Shown here piece by piece: positions 20,859-30,573 of a stretch of DNA of 64,000 nucleotides. The position numbers and the translations under genes are program-made. The stretch is from Rhodothermaceae bacterium bin80 (GTDB lineage Bacteria > Bacteroidota > Rhodothermia > Rhodothermales > Bin80): positions 14,045 to 78,044 of the forward strand of contig MPNB01000002.1 of the NCBI GenBank assembly GCA_002238805.1, in the 5' to 3' direction. The notes under the pieces are model-generated. The model saw nothing but the letters and a program-made list of their open reading frames with translations, ran no database searches and was not told the DNA's origin. How positions within the stretch are numbered: the first letter of the stretch is position 1; the number at the start of each line of letters is the position of its first letter.

Positions 20859-21749
20859 TTGACGCATACATCAACCCCTCTCCTGGGAGGCATAGAAGCG
20901 GGAGGCACGAAGTTTGTCTGTGCTGTCGGATACCCGCCGGACAATATTTACGCCTTGGAACAATTCCCTACAACGACTCCCCGGGAAACACTCGGTCGCA
21001 CCTTGGATTTCTTTCGTTCGCAACCCCATTTACCAGACGCTATTGGAATCGCTACATTCGGTCCTGCAGATGTTCGGCCAACCTCCAATACTTATGGCTT
21101 CATCACAAGCACTCCGAAACCTGGATGGCGAAACACGGACTTAGTCGGCTTTGTAGAGCGTAGTCTGTATTTACCGGCTGCATTCGACACCGATGTAAAC
21201 GGGGCTGCGGTGGGTGAACATGCGTGGGGAGCTGGTCAAGATGTTGATAACCTCCTCTATCTTTCAGTAGGTACCGGTTTTGGGGGTGGGGCAATCGTTG
21301 AAGGCGTACCCGTTCATGGACTCGTGCACCCGGAAATGGGACATCTCAATTTGCCACGTGCTAATGGAGATGACTTCAAAGGGCATTGTCCCTATCATGG
21401 ACCATGTCTGGAAGGTATGGCTTCTGGGCCCGCAATCAAAGCGCGTTGGGGAATCCCTGCGGAATCTTTACCACCAGATCATACAGCATGGGAATTTGAG
21501 GCGCATTATCTCTCGCTTGCGGTCACAAATTTAATTCTGACGTTATCCCCCGAGCGTGTCATCATGGGAGGTGGGGTGATGCAGCAGGAGCACTTGTTCC
21601 CGGCTATCCGTTCCCGTGTACAGTCATATTTGAATGATTACGTCCAAGCAGATGCCATCATCCGTGGGATTGATAACTACATTGTGCCACCTGGATTGGG
21701 AGATAGAGCTGGTGTGCTTGGCGCCATGGGCCTTGCCTTATCATTATGA
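20859..21749 (+). CDS. ROK-family sugar kinase (fructokinase/Mak-like)
   Basis: 296 aa; N-terminal GGIEAGGTKFVCAV; ROK Zn box GHCPYHGPCLEG; TTG start is uncertain. Confidence 0.85.
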   Translation: MTHTSTPLLGGIEAGGTKFVCAVGYPPDNIYALEQFPTTTPRETLGRTLDFFRSQPHLPDAIGIATFGPADVRPTSNTYGFITSTPKPGWRNTDLVGFVERSLYLPAAFDTDVNGAAVGEHAWGAGQDVDNLLYLSVGTGFGGGAIVEGVPVHGLVHPEMGHLNLPRANGDDFKGHCPYHGPCLEGMASGPAIKARWGIPAESLPPDHTAWEFEAHYLSLAVTNLILTLSPERVIMGGGVMQQEHLFPAIRSRVQSYLNDYVQADAIIRGIDNYIVPPGLGDRAGVLGAMGLALSL

Positions 21750-21951
21750 TTGACCTGATTCTCTGAAACGAAGGAGACTCCCACGGTCTTTTCAGATGTG
21801 ATATCCCACTGGAATATGGGCAAAATCACCGGTTCAGTCACGAAATCAGAAAAATGGGTGGTCTCCCTCCGTTCTCTGGACAACCCGTTGCCTTTGAACT
21901 CACCGCATGTGCCACGCTATGATAGTAGCCGGGTGCCTGACTTCATCAAAA

Positions 21952-22599
21952 TCACTGCCGGGCTTCCGCGATACTTGCGCACAAAACGGATGCCCGTTCC
22001 GTAAGCACGGAAAGCTGCCCACTTCGAATTGCTGCTACGTCGACGAGCGCACTGCCTATCCCTACTGCCGCAGCTCCGCTGCGAATCCACTGCCCGGCAT
22101 TCTCGGGCGTAACACCTCCGGTCGGCACCAATTTTAAGTGTGGTAACGGGGCCAGGAGTGCTTTCACATAACTAAAACCCAGCTGTCCCGCGGGGAAAAT
22201 TTTTACCATATCTGCTCCAAGATCATCAGCCACCTGTGCTTCCGTGGGCGTCAATGCGCCCGGCAGAACCGGCAGATCAAGGGCATGTGCAGCATTGATA
22301 ACTCTTTTCTTTGTAACCGGGCTAACCACAAAGCATGCACCTGCTGAAGCAACATCTTTCACCTGCTGTTCAGTAATCACCGATCCTGCCCCAATCAATA
22401 CATCCATTCCGTAGCACCGCCTCAGGGCTTCAATTGTGGGGAGCGCATTCGGAGTCGTACATGTGACTTCGAGTACTGCAATCCCACCGCGTACCAAGGC
22501 CTCCGCCGCAGGCTCGAGCGGTAACGTTTTCTTAATACGCACGATAGCGACCGCACCGGCCTCAACTATCCTGTTGGTAAGGATCTTTCTATTCATCAA
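21952..22599 (-). CDS. eda: 2-dehydro-3-deoxyphosphogluconate / 4-hydroxy-2-oxoglutarate aldolase
   Basis: 215 aa; LEVTCTTPNA, GAGSV and Schiff-base region VKIFPAGQLG. Confidence 0.85.
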   Translation of the reverse strand: MMNRKILTNRIVEAGAVAIVRIKKTLPLEPAAEALVRGGIAVLEVTCTTPNALPTIEALRRCYGMDVLIGAGSVITEQQVKDVASAGACFVVSPVTKKRVINAAHALDLPVLPGALTPTEAQVADDLGADMVKIFPAGQLGFSYVKALLAPLPHLKLVPTGGVTPENAGQWIRSGAAAVGIGSALVDVAAIRSGQLSVLTERASVLCASIAEARQ

Positions 22600-22898
22600 A
22601 ATATCAAGTTCGTAATGTGAAGCTTTTCGTCCTGATTTACGTATACAAGGTTGTCGCAGGATGAGGGGATGCTCCCCGCTGGACTACCACGCCCTTTCCC
22701 GACAGTGTTGATCTAGCGGCATCCCAGGAAGGATGACTCTCGGTGCGTGAGAAGTTGTCACGCGTCACTTGCCTGATATCATCCCCCGGAAGCCAAGCTG
22801 TCCGGCAGGTACTAGGGTTTACTCCCCGTGCTGTCCCCCTGCCATTTGGCTCGGAGTGTAGGCCTTCACATAAAGACATACCAACCATAAAGAATACC

Positions 22899-24401
22899 AT
22901 GCTAAGATCTGTAAAGAATACGAAAACTCAACCCAATACCAATGCTGGCATTTCAGTTAATTACGAGCTACTGGCTGAGCTCGAACGTCGAGCCGGCGCA
23001 CTCGAGCCCAACTCACAGCAATTGGACGACCTTTTCACCCAAGTTGAGGAATATTCCCGCCAGCATATTGCAAATGTTTGTGAAACCCCCGCCTTCGTTA
23101 AATCGAAAGACCAAAGCATCGGATTGCTGTCATCGCCCATTACAGAGACGGGGATTTCATTGGAAGCGGTACTAAAGCTGCTGTATGATCACGTCGATCA
23201 TGAAGGAATAAATTCAGGATCCCCCCGGTACCTCGGTTACATCCCGTCTGGTGGACTGGTGCATTCTGCATTCGGAGATTTTCTCGCAGCTATTGGAGGC
23301 CGATATGCTGGTGTGTTTCATTCTGCCCCAGGGGCAGTTCGCATGGAGAACATGCTTGTTCGATGGATGGCGGAGGTTGTTGGATACCCAAAAGGAGCCG
23401 GCGGATACCTTGCATCCGGTGGGAGCATAGCCAATTTGTCCGGCATCATCACGGCGCGTGAAGCCCACGGGCTCCGCGGCACTGACTATGATCGGGCAGT
23501 CGTTTACTTGACCGAGCACACTCACCACTGCGTGGATAAAGCACTTCGAATAGCTGGTATGGGAAGTTGCGTACGGCGTAAAGTTGCCGAAGACGATCAC
23601 TGCCGAATGTCAGCCGACGCACTGGAGAAAACCATCACCGCCGACAAAGCAGCTGGATTGAATCCATGGTTAATTGTAGCCTCTGCCGGCACAACCAATA
23701 CGGGGACAGTCGATCCATTGGAAGATATTGCCTCAGCTGCTCGTGCAAACAACCTCTGGTTACATGTTGATGGCGCCTACGGTGCGTTCTTTGCACTCTG
23801 CCCGGAAGGTCGAACAGTTTTATCCGGCATCAACAAATCAGACTCGCTCGTTCTGGACCCACACAAGACCCTCTTTTTACCGTTTGGGACGGGCGCTCTC
23901 CTGGTGCGCGACCAGGATTTTCTTGGACCAGCTCACGGGGGCCGTGGCACCTACATGCTCGATATGGACTCAGACGCACACGAACTTTCACCAGCTTATC
24001 TGTCACCTGAGTTGTCAAAGCATTTTCGTGGGCTGCGCATGTGGCTGCCACTGAAACTTCTTGGGGTAGCTCCGTTCCGTGCAGCGCTGTCAGAGAAAAT
24101 CCACCTAGCTCGATACGCTTACGAACGCATCCAAAGCTTCAACGGATTTCAGGTAGGACCACGACCCGACCTATCCATCATTACTTATCGATACGTCCCC
24201 AAAAGAGGTGATGCCAACGAATTCAACCAGACACTGGTGCGCAACCTGCACGCAGATGGCCGAGTTTTTATGACTTCAACACGCATTCATGGCACGACGG
24301 TCTTGCGGTTGGCCGTTGGTTCATTCCGGACGCATCTCAACGATATAGATGTGTCGCTGCAGATTTTGAGAGATCACGTAGAAGAGCTGGAAAACAAATA
24401 A
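22899..24401 (+). CDS. PLP-dependent group II decarboxylase (aromatic amino acid / tyrosine decarboxylase-like)
   Basis: ORF open from 22743, but ATG 22899 (MLRSVKNTK...) is the more plausible start; GGSIANL, HVDGAYGA and PLP-lysine box LDPHKTLF. Confidence 0.85.
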   Translation: MLRSVKNTKTQPNTNAGISVNYELLAELERRAGALEPNSQQLDDLFTQVEEYSRQHIANVCETPAFVKSKDQSIGLLSSPITETGISLEAVLKLLYDHVDHEGINSGSPRYLGYIPSGGLVHSAFGDFLAAIGGRYAGVFHSAPGAVRMENMLVRWMAEVVGYPKGAGGYLASGGSIANLSGIITAREAHGLRGTDYDRAVVYLTEHTHHCVDKALRIAGMGSCVRRKVAEDDHCRMSADALEKTITADKAAGLNPWLIVASAGTTNTGTVDPLEDIASAARANNLWLHVDGAYGAFFALCPEGRTVLSGINKSDSLVLDPHKTLFLPFGTGALLVRDQDFLGPAHGGRGTYMLDMDSDAHELSPAYLSPELSKHFRGLRMWLPLKLLGVAPFRAALSEKIHLARYAYERIQSFNGFQVGPRPDLSIITYRYVPKRGDANEFNQTLVRNLHADGRVFMTSTRIHGTTVLRLAVGSFRTHLNDIDVSLQILRDHVEELENK

Positions 24402-24757
24402 TCTCGGTCAGCATATTTGGAGTTCTCCAAAAAGCTGGCCCAAGACAAGTTAAGCAGAATCCACAGTCTGAACTGGGCAACAACGTACTCACTCGTCCAT
24501 CGCACGAGTGCGTGTATCAGGCATCAGGTAACTGTATCTATCTGGTGGACCCAGAAGATCTCTTGTCCGAAGTAACAGCAGATTTGGGAGAAAGCCACTT
24601 TATCGTTTGTAGCACTATATCCCGGAAGATATCATAGGCATGGCAGATTACTCAGCCAGGCCTTATTGTACTGAACCGTATTTTTAATTATCAAATCAGG
24701 TTAGCACCCATGGGTGATGAGATTCCCCCAAGCGACTTGACGACGCCTTGATGAGAT

Positions 24758-25273
24758 TCAGCCCTGCGTAGCAGAGACCGGAGGCATATCACCTACGGGA
24801 GCTTCGACCCAAGGCCGGGGCTGTAGCATGCCTTCCAGACGTGAGATACGACTATCAAGCTTGGCCGTGGAGTCTATAAGCTTCTTTTGACCTTCATGGA
24901 GCTCGCTCATGTCGTTACGGACTTCGCTACGAAGCTCGCTGATGCCATCACGGAGCTCGCTCATGTCGTTACGGACTTCGCTACGGAACTCGCTCATGTC
25001 GTTACGGACTTCGCTACGAAGCTCGCTCATGTCGTTACGGACTTCGCTACGAAGCTCGCTCATGCCATCACGGAGCTCGCTCATGTCGTTACGGACTTCG
25101 CTACGGAACTCGCTCATGTCATTACGGACTTCGCTGCGAAGCTCGCTGATGCCATCACGGAGAGAACGGCTGAGCTGGTCGGTACGCTTGATTTGTGAAG
25201 CGTTCATACGCCAAAGCGCGATGATCAGGGTTAGGATAAACCCTGTCGTAGAGATGAGAATGTCTGGATTCAT
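24758..25273 (-). CDS. membrane-anchored coiled-coil repeat protein (11-mer and 7-mer peptide repeats)
   Basis: 171 aa; N-terminal TM (ILISTTGFILTLIIALW), then SELRSEVRNDM (11 aa) and SELRDG(I/M) (7 aa) units; ATG start. The opposite-strand ORFs are repeat shadows. Confidence 0.55.
   Translation of the reverse strand: MNPDILISTTGFILTLIIALWRMNASQIKRTDQLSRSLRDGISELRSEVRNDMSEFRSEVRNDMSELRDGMSELRSEVRNDMSELRSEVRNDMSEFRSEVRNDMSELRDGISELRSEVRNDMSELHEGQKKLIDSTAKLDSRISRLEGMLQPRPWVEAPVGDMPPVSATQG
24899..25159. repeat. 261-bp tandem repeat array of 33-bp and 21-bp units, order 33,21,33,33,33,21,33,33,21
   Basis: Unit GAGCTCGCTCATGTCGTTACGGACTTCGCTACG (33 bp) and AAGCTCGCT(G/C)ATGCCATCACG (21 bp) tiled head-to-tail from 24899 to 25159; also a 120-bp higher-order period (24953 vs 25073). 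Confidence 0.95.
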
Positions 25274-26121
25274 AGCTTCGGTACCGACACTGTTTGGTTT
25301 CTACTTCCATACAAGCGTTTAGGATTCACAGTGTTAGGGATTTGTGCCACAATCCCGACGTTGCATGCTTAAGACGTGTTTTACGTCAAAATAATCCGTT
25401 CTTGATTTCGACAATTGTCGTAGACACCTTCTCTAATAGTAACCTGCAAAAAAGATAACTAGGCGATGTAACAAAAAACGTACGTATCGCCCGTTAATGG
25501 AACTTGCCTTGGACTATGCTGAGGGGACAACTTCCGTCTTGTGTGCACCTAGAACTGATGAGTCTGGAAACCAGATCAGCGGCATTCCATCCCAGTGCAC
25601 CATTAATTCGGGTGCGGGCTTCTGCAGCCTTTAATTGTTCCGCTGCATCGGATACACAGACCAGAAGGACTGGATGGACAGGCGGCGTTAACCAGACACT
25701 TCTTATTCTCCTTCCTCCTCTGAATACGAATACACACCCCCCTTCGCAACTCATACATCAAATCCCCCTCACCAACACAACACGACCTTCGTCACGCACA
25801 TAAATTTGAAACAGACAAGTTAGCTTTTGCATATGGGATTCTCGTACGGATACAATACTCTCCGCCTGATCCGTTATCTGGGAGAATTTCGACGAGACTG
25901 ACCGAAATGGGGAAATTGCCGACGCCGCTCGTGTAGGCAGCAGAAATGCTCCGAGAATGATCCTGCCAATCTAACGGACGGGACCTGCAACCCGCCATAA
26001 AGGTGATCAAATAAATCCGACCAACAAACAGCAGATGGAGGTAACGGAAGCCACGAACGGCGTTCAGCGATATTCCCCGCTGCCGGATCGTCCAATTAAG
26101 ACATAGCCGCGGAAGATGTGC

Positions 26122-26619
26122 TTATTCCGTGCTTTCGGCTTCCTGGAGTTCAAGGAATAATTCGTTTGCGGTCTGCCTGATCCAATCGGTCACACTTGTA
26201 CTGGATAACAAGCCTTGACCATTCGACTGATAGGATAACCCTTCAAGCACCTTTTCATAGGGACCGAATCCATATAATCTGAACGGAAGCACAATGGTGC
26301 GCCCGTTGTTCTGTGAGTGTGTCTCGACAAAGTGGAGAATCTCTTTCTCCGACTTCGTGCGCTTATCCTCCCAGTCCTCCCGGAGACTGTGAACGGCAAC
26401 CGCCCTGAAAAGACCGGTAGACCGAACAGAATCGGCTAAGAGGTCAAGTTTTTGTATCCATTCAGCATTAACCTGATCATCCCCGGAACCGTGTGCGATG
26501 ATAAGTACAGATTCGGTGCCTGAACTATCACTTAGTGCAAGTGCATGTGCATGTGCAGCGAGTATTCCTCCCATTGCAGGGGCATCCAGTAAAGCAGTCT
26601 CACTGATTCTGACGTTCAT
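26122..26619 (-). CDS. CbiX/SirB-like chelatase-fold domain protein (C-terminal half; possibly part of a frameshifted gene)
   Basis: 165 aa; VLIIAHGSGDD...TIVLPFRLYGFGPY fits the CbiX pattern (hhhh-HGS ... hhP-hh); the frame is open upstream to 26700. Confidence 0.5.
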   Translation of the reverse strand: MNVRISETALLDAPAMGGILAAHAHALALSDSSGTESVLIIAHGSGDDQVNAEWIQKLDLLADSVRSTGLFRAVAVHSLREDWEDKRTKSEKEILHFVETHSQNNGRTIVLPFRLYGFGPYEKVLEGLSYQSNGQGLLSSTSVTDWIRQTANELFLELQEAESTE

Positions 26620-26668
26620 CGAAAGGTCAAGAGGCGTAGGAGCGGAACCACGATTCTCGTGACCGCCA

Positions 26669-27013
26669 TTAGGAGATAAAGAAAGCTGGTGGATCTGCTC
26701 TCAATCCGAGGATGTATTCGGTCTGATGCAGAAAAGAGTGTGCCGACATAAAAAGCCGGACAACAGCAATACAGCTGACGTGCTGTTCTTCCAACTCCGT
26801 AACTGCAGCTTTCATCGTGACGGGATTAGCCATCCCGAAAGCTATAGCTACAGGGAATTCGTCCATCATGGGCATAACTGCCGCCTTAACTGCAGCATTC
26901 CACTGATCACTGCCGCCATGTGCCATGACCATAAGCCCGCAAGGATTGGAGCTTTGTGCATTGGTTGTAACAGTCACCAGCAAGATCGTTGCGAAATACA
27001 GTGCTATCCTCAT
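26669..27013 (-). CDS. CbiX/SirB-like chelatase-fold domain protein with signal peptide (N-terminal half)
   Basis: 114 aa; signal peptide MRIALYFATILLVTVTTNAQS; LMVMAHGGSDQWN...CIAVVRLFMSAHSF fits a CbiX domain; ends 50 bp before the next CbiX-like ORF, which is in a different frame. Confidence 0.5.
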   Translation of the reverse strand: MRIALYFATILLVTVTTNAQSSNPCGLMVMAHGGSDQWNAAVKAAVMPMMDEFPVAIAFGMANPVTMKAAVTELEEQHVSCIAVVRLFMSAHSFLHQTEYILGLRADPPAFFIS

Positions 27014-27423
27014 TTGTCTTTGTCGTTAGTATCAAGTCCAATACACACCCAGCAACCCGGGAATTCCTTCAAAAACGCCTAGGGCGCCCCCGGAATAACT
27101 TGCATGATAAAATCAGTGTTTGTTTAGATTTAGTCTAAATAAATATTGATCTCAAGGTTCCATACAACTCAGTGCCGATTAAAGCAACGTAAACTGGACC
27201 TCAACCCGTGCACGCAGACCGCGGAAGAATAACTCGGCTTCGGCCAACAAATGATGTCTGTACACTGACACTGGAATATTTCCTAGCCCCAAACATTTGC
27301 ATTTACCAACAGGAGTTGAGACATGCAACCCAAGTAGTTCGGTTGCAGCAGGCTTGATACCGAATATTCGGAGCAACTATATTCTGCAGCAATACGTTGT
27401 AATTTGATAGCTCAGTTACCAAA

Positions 27424-30400
27424 TTGATTTTCCCCGTGCCTACCCTTCGGTCATTTTGGCTCGTAATACTGCTCCTGTCGGCGGCTTGTAATCGGTCGCC
27501 GTCTGATCAATTCGCGCTGCCAGCAACGGTCGACTACAACTGGCATATCAAACCTGTACTTTCAGATCGCTGCTACAAATGCCACGGACCGGATGATCGG
27601 GCTCGCAAGGCAGAATTGCGGCTCGATACACAAGCAAATGCCTACGGAGTAAGTCGTGAAGATTCAACGCAGCGAATTATCATGCCCGGCAATGCCGCCG
27701 CAAGCCTCCTAGTTGAACATATCTCCAGTGAAGACCCCAAACGGCGTATGCCACCGCTGGAAAGTAATCTATCACTTACCACACGGGAAATTGCACTCAT
27801 AAAGCGCTGGATTGACCAAGGAGCAGACTGGAAACCACACTGGGCATTTACAACCCCCACGCGACCTACCCTGCCGGAGGTGCGTAATGAACGCTGGGTT
27901 CACAGCCCCATTGATCACTTCGTATTACGCAGAATCGAGTCTGCCGGGCTTACTCCATCAGATGAAGCAGACCGCGCTAAGCTACTTCGTCGTGTGACGT
28001 TCGATCTGACAGGACTGCCGCCAACTCCGACCGAGCTCAATGCCTTCCTGAATGATACGCAGGCAGGTGCTTACGAACGCGTAGTGGACGAGCTACTTGC
28101 ACGTCCGACCTACGGAGAACGTATGACCTCCATGTGGCTGGACTTAGCGCGTTACGCCGATACACATGGCTACCAGGATGATCGCCCACGAACAATGTGG
28201 CCATGGCGTGACTGGGTCGTACGGGCCTTTAATGAGAACCTTCCCTATGATGACTTCGTGGTTTGGCAGATTGCTGGCGATTTACTCCCCGAAGCCACCT
28301 TTGAGCAACGCTTGGCTACCGGGTTTAACCGAAACCATGCCATAACTCAGGAAGGAGGCGTAGTTGCGGAAGAATACTTGACAGAGTATGTCGCCGATCG
28401 AACTAATACAACGGCAACTGCCTTCCTGGGACTAACCATGGAGTGTGCACGATGCCATGACCATAAATATGATCCGATCCTGCAGGAAGAGTACTACAGC
28501 ATGTTCGCGTTCTTTAACGGCGTGAACGAACAAGCCCAGATCAATTACTTTGACCTCTCACCAAGGCCAGCCATCCGGCTTGAAGACCCTGAATTGGAAG
28601 CTTCCATTGCACAAACCGAGGCGGGAATCGATTCTCTTGAACAAGTAGTTGCAGGCTGGCCTCAAACGCCACCACCACCTGAGTGGACACCGGATCTTGC
28701 GACAACCATCGAATCCGGCCTTTTAACGTCCCTGCCTCTGGACAGCTTAGACGGTCTGGTTTCTCCCGCACGGGCGGGCCCGGATGGTTTAGCGAACACC
28801 GGACTGGAAAAAGTACTTGACCCTCCTCTGGTCACCAGAGGAAAGCACGGCAACGGACTAACCTTTGACGGGCAAAATTTTCTAAACCTCGGCCCGGATG
28901 CTGACTTCGAGTGGTACGACCGGTTCTCACTGAGCGCTTGGGTGCTCGCCCAGGACCAGCCAAAAGATATTGCACTGTTCTCCAAACGAAACGGTGAGCA
29001 AAAACGCGGCGGCTATGATCTCGCACGCACTAAAGAGGGTTCGCTCCGCCTCCGCCTAATACACGACGGAGACCATCAGATCTCTGTACAGACAACACGG
29101 TCGATTCCGGCAAATACGTGGACCCACGTCTCTGCTACCTACAACGGCAGTGGACGCGCACAAGGAATTGCTCTATATCTGAATGGTGTTTCAAGCCGCG
29201 TTCGGGTCAACGAAGACACGCTTGAGCGTGAAAGTATACTGAACGGAAACGGACTCCTGGCGGGCCATTGGACTCACCGCAATCGCACGATTGGTGATAT
29301 GGAAGGAGTCACAGATGGTATTCTGGACGGTCTCCATGTGCACGCTCGAGCACTCACGGACATGGAAGTCGCCCACCTGGCAGGGCAGACACCAGGCCCC
29401 CAGATAACAGCCCACTATCAAGCCTACCATGACCCCGGGCTAAACGCGGCTAATGCTACACTGGACAGCTTACGGCGTGCACTCAGGCGTGTGCCTAATG
29501 TCATGGTCATGGAAGAAATGCCTACGCCGCGCACTACGCATGTTCTGGATCGCGGCGCCTATGATGCACCTATGGATTCCGTGGGACCGGGGACCCCGAC
29601 AGCAATCCTGTCCTTTCCAGCCGATCTTCCACGTAACCGGCTTGGACTTGCACAGTGGATTGTGCACGAAGACAACCCACTCACCGCTCGCGTAGCTGTG
29701 AACCGCTTCTGGCAACTGCTCTTTGGAGAAGGATTGGTACATACACCGGAAGATTTTGGTAACCAGGGCGCACTACCCTCCCATCCAGCACTGCTTGATT
29801 ATCTGGCAACAAGATTCGTTGACCTGGATTATGATACTAAGGCGCTGATCAAAGAGATTGTCCTGTCTGCTACGTATCGTCAAAGCAGCCGGGTAACACG
29901 AACCCTTCGGGAACAGGATCCAAATAATGTGCTGTTAGCTCGTGCTCCGCGCAAGCGATTGTCCGCCGAAATGATGCGCGACAACGCGTTACTGGTCAGC
30001 GATCTGCTGAATCCGACGATTGGCGGCGAGCCGGTGCGACCCTATCAACCCGCAGGTCTTTGGAAAGCACTTGCGAATCAGATTGGGGAGAATCGCTATC
30101 GCCCCGGGCCGGATGTTCACAGGCGCAGCCTCTATACTTATTGGAAACGAACTATTCCCCCACCGGCAATGCTGACCTTCGACGCACCAGAGCGCTCGGT
30201 GTGCACAGTGGAGCGGCAAACTACGGCGACACCACTGCAATCCTTAGTACTTCTGAACGATCCCCAGTACGTGGAAGCAGCTCGTGCACTTGCCTCTCGC
30301 GTCCGTGCCAGCGAAGGAACAAGTCAACGGGAACAGATTGCGGAGGCCTTTCGCTGGCTTACCTCCAGATCACCCGAAGCGGGAGAACTCGACGCACTGA

Positions 30401-30573
30401 CTGACCTTCTGGACGAACAAACAAGTAAATTTGAGCAGAACCCAGCCGGTGCCCGCGCTCTGGTGTCGGTTGGAATAAGCCCACTCAGGCGTACCAGCGA
30501 CATTGTGCAACTGGCCGCCATGACTGTTGTAACTAGTACAATCCTGAACCTGGATGAAGCTCAATACCGATGA
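27424..30573 (+). CDS. PSCyt1 / PSCyt2(DUF1549) / LamG-like / PSD1(DUF1553) multidomain protein, predicted lipoprotein with two CxxCH motifs (large subunit, pair 1)
   Basis: 1049 aa; leader ...LLLSAAC; CYKCHGPD (nt 27571-27585) then RRMPPLE; [12 protein letters not shown]; [12 protein letters not shown]; [12 protein letters not shown]; LamG-like LTFDGQNF...FSLSAWV...[12 protein letters not shown]...LYLNG; C-terminal FDAPERSVC...[16 protein letters not shown] start is uncertain (GTG 27436 is an alternative). Confidence 0.85.
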   Translation: MIFPVPTLRSFWLVILLLSAACNRSPSDQFALPATVDYNWHIKPVLSDRCYKCHGPDDRARKAELRLDTQANAYGVSREDSTQRIIMPGNAAASLLVEHISSEDPKRRMPPLESNLSLTTREIALIKRWIDQGADWKPHWAFTTPTRPTLPEVRNERWVHSPIDHFVLRRIESAGLTPSDEADRAKLLRRVTFDLTGLPPTPTELNAFLNDTQAGAYERVVDELLARPTYGERMTSMWLDLARYADTHGYQDDRPRTMWPWRDWVVRAFNENLPYDDFVVWQIAGDLLPEATFEQRLATGFNRNHAITQEGGVVAEEYLTEYVADRTNTTATAFLGLTMECARCHDHKYDPILQEEYYSMFAFFNGVNEQAQINYFDLSPRPAIRLEDPELEASIAQTEAGIDSLEQVVAGWPQTPPPPEWTPDLATTIESGLLTSLPLDSLDGLVSPARAGPDGLANTGLEKVLDPPLVTRGKHGNGLTFDGQNFLNLGPDADFEWYDRFSLSAWVLAQDQPKDIALFSKRNGEQKRGGYDLARTKEGSLRLRLIHDGDHQISVQTTRSIPANTWTHVSATYNGSGRAQGIALYLNGVSSRVRVNEDTLERESILNGNGLLAGHWTHRNRTIGDMEGVTDGILDGLHVHARALTDMEVAHLAGQTPGPQITAHYQAYHDPGLNAANATLDSLRRALRRVPNVMVMEEMPTPRTTHVLDRGAYDAPMDSVGPGTPTAILSFPADLPRNRLGLAQWIVHEDNPLTARVAVNRFWQLLFGEGLVHTPEDFGNQGALPSHPALLDYLATRFVDLDYDTKALIKEIVLSATYRQSSRVTRTLREQDPNNVLLARAPRKRLSAEMMRDNALLVSDLLNPTIGGEPVRPYQPAGLWKALANQIGENRYRPGPDVHRRSLYTYWKRTIPPPAMLTFDAPERSVCTVERQTTATPLQSLVLLNDPQYVEAARALASRVRASEGTSQREQIAEAFRWLTSRSPEAGELDALTDLLDEQTSKFEQNPAGARALVSVGISPLRRTSDIVQLAAMTVVTSTILNLDEAQYR

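Noticed and set aside
22743-22898. 52-codon N-terminal extension of the PLP decarboxylase ORF
   Set aside because: The extension (MREKLSRVTCLISSPGSQAVRQ...) does not look like part of the decarboxylase fold and overlaps a minus-strand ORF region. The ATG at 22899 gives a normal-length enzyme.
24899-25159. Possibility that the short direct repeats form a CRISPR array
   Set aside because: The units abut head-to-tail with no unique spacers. They are all multiples of 3 nt inside an ORF, and no cas genes are nearby.
24887-25322. Two plus-strand ORFs (103 and 137 aa) across the 33/21-bp repeat array
   Set aside because: They stay open only because the repeat lacks stops in several frames. They have no start context, no TM or signal sequence and no non-repeat domain, whereas the minus-strand frame has an ATG, an N-terminal TM helix and a unique C-terminus.
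27123-27139. AT-rich inverted repeat TTTAGA-TTTAG-TCTAAA in the divergent spacer upstream of the PSCyt/DUF1501 cluster
   Set aside because: The arms are only 6 bp in an AT-rich stretch, which is easily expected by chance, and I found no second copy. It is noted only as a place to look for the cluster promoter or operator.
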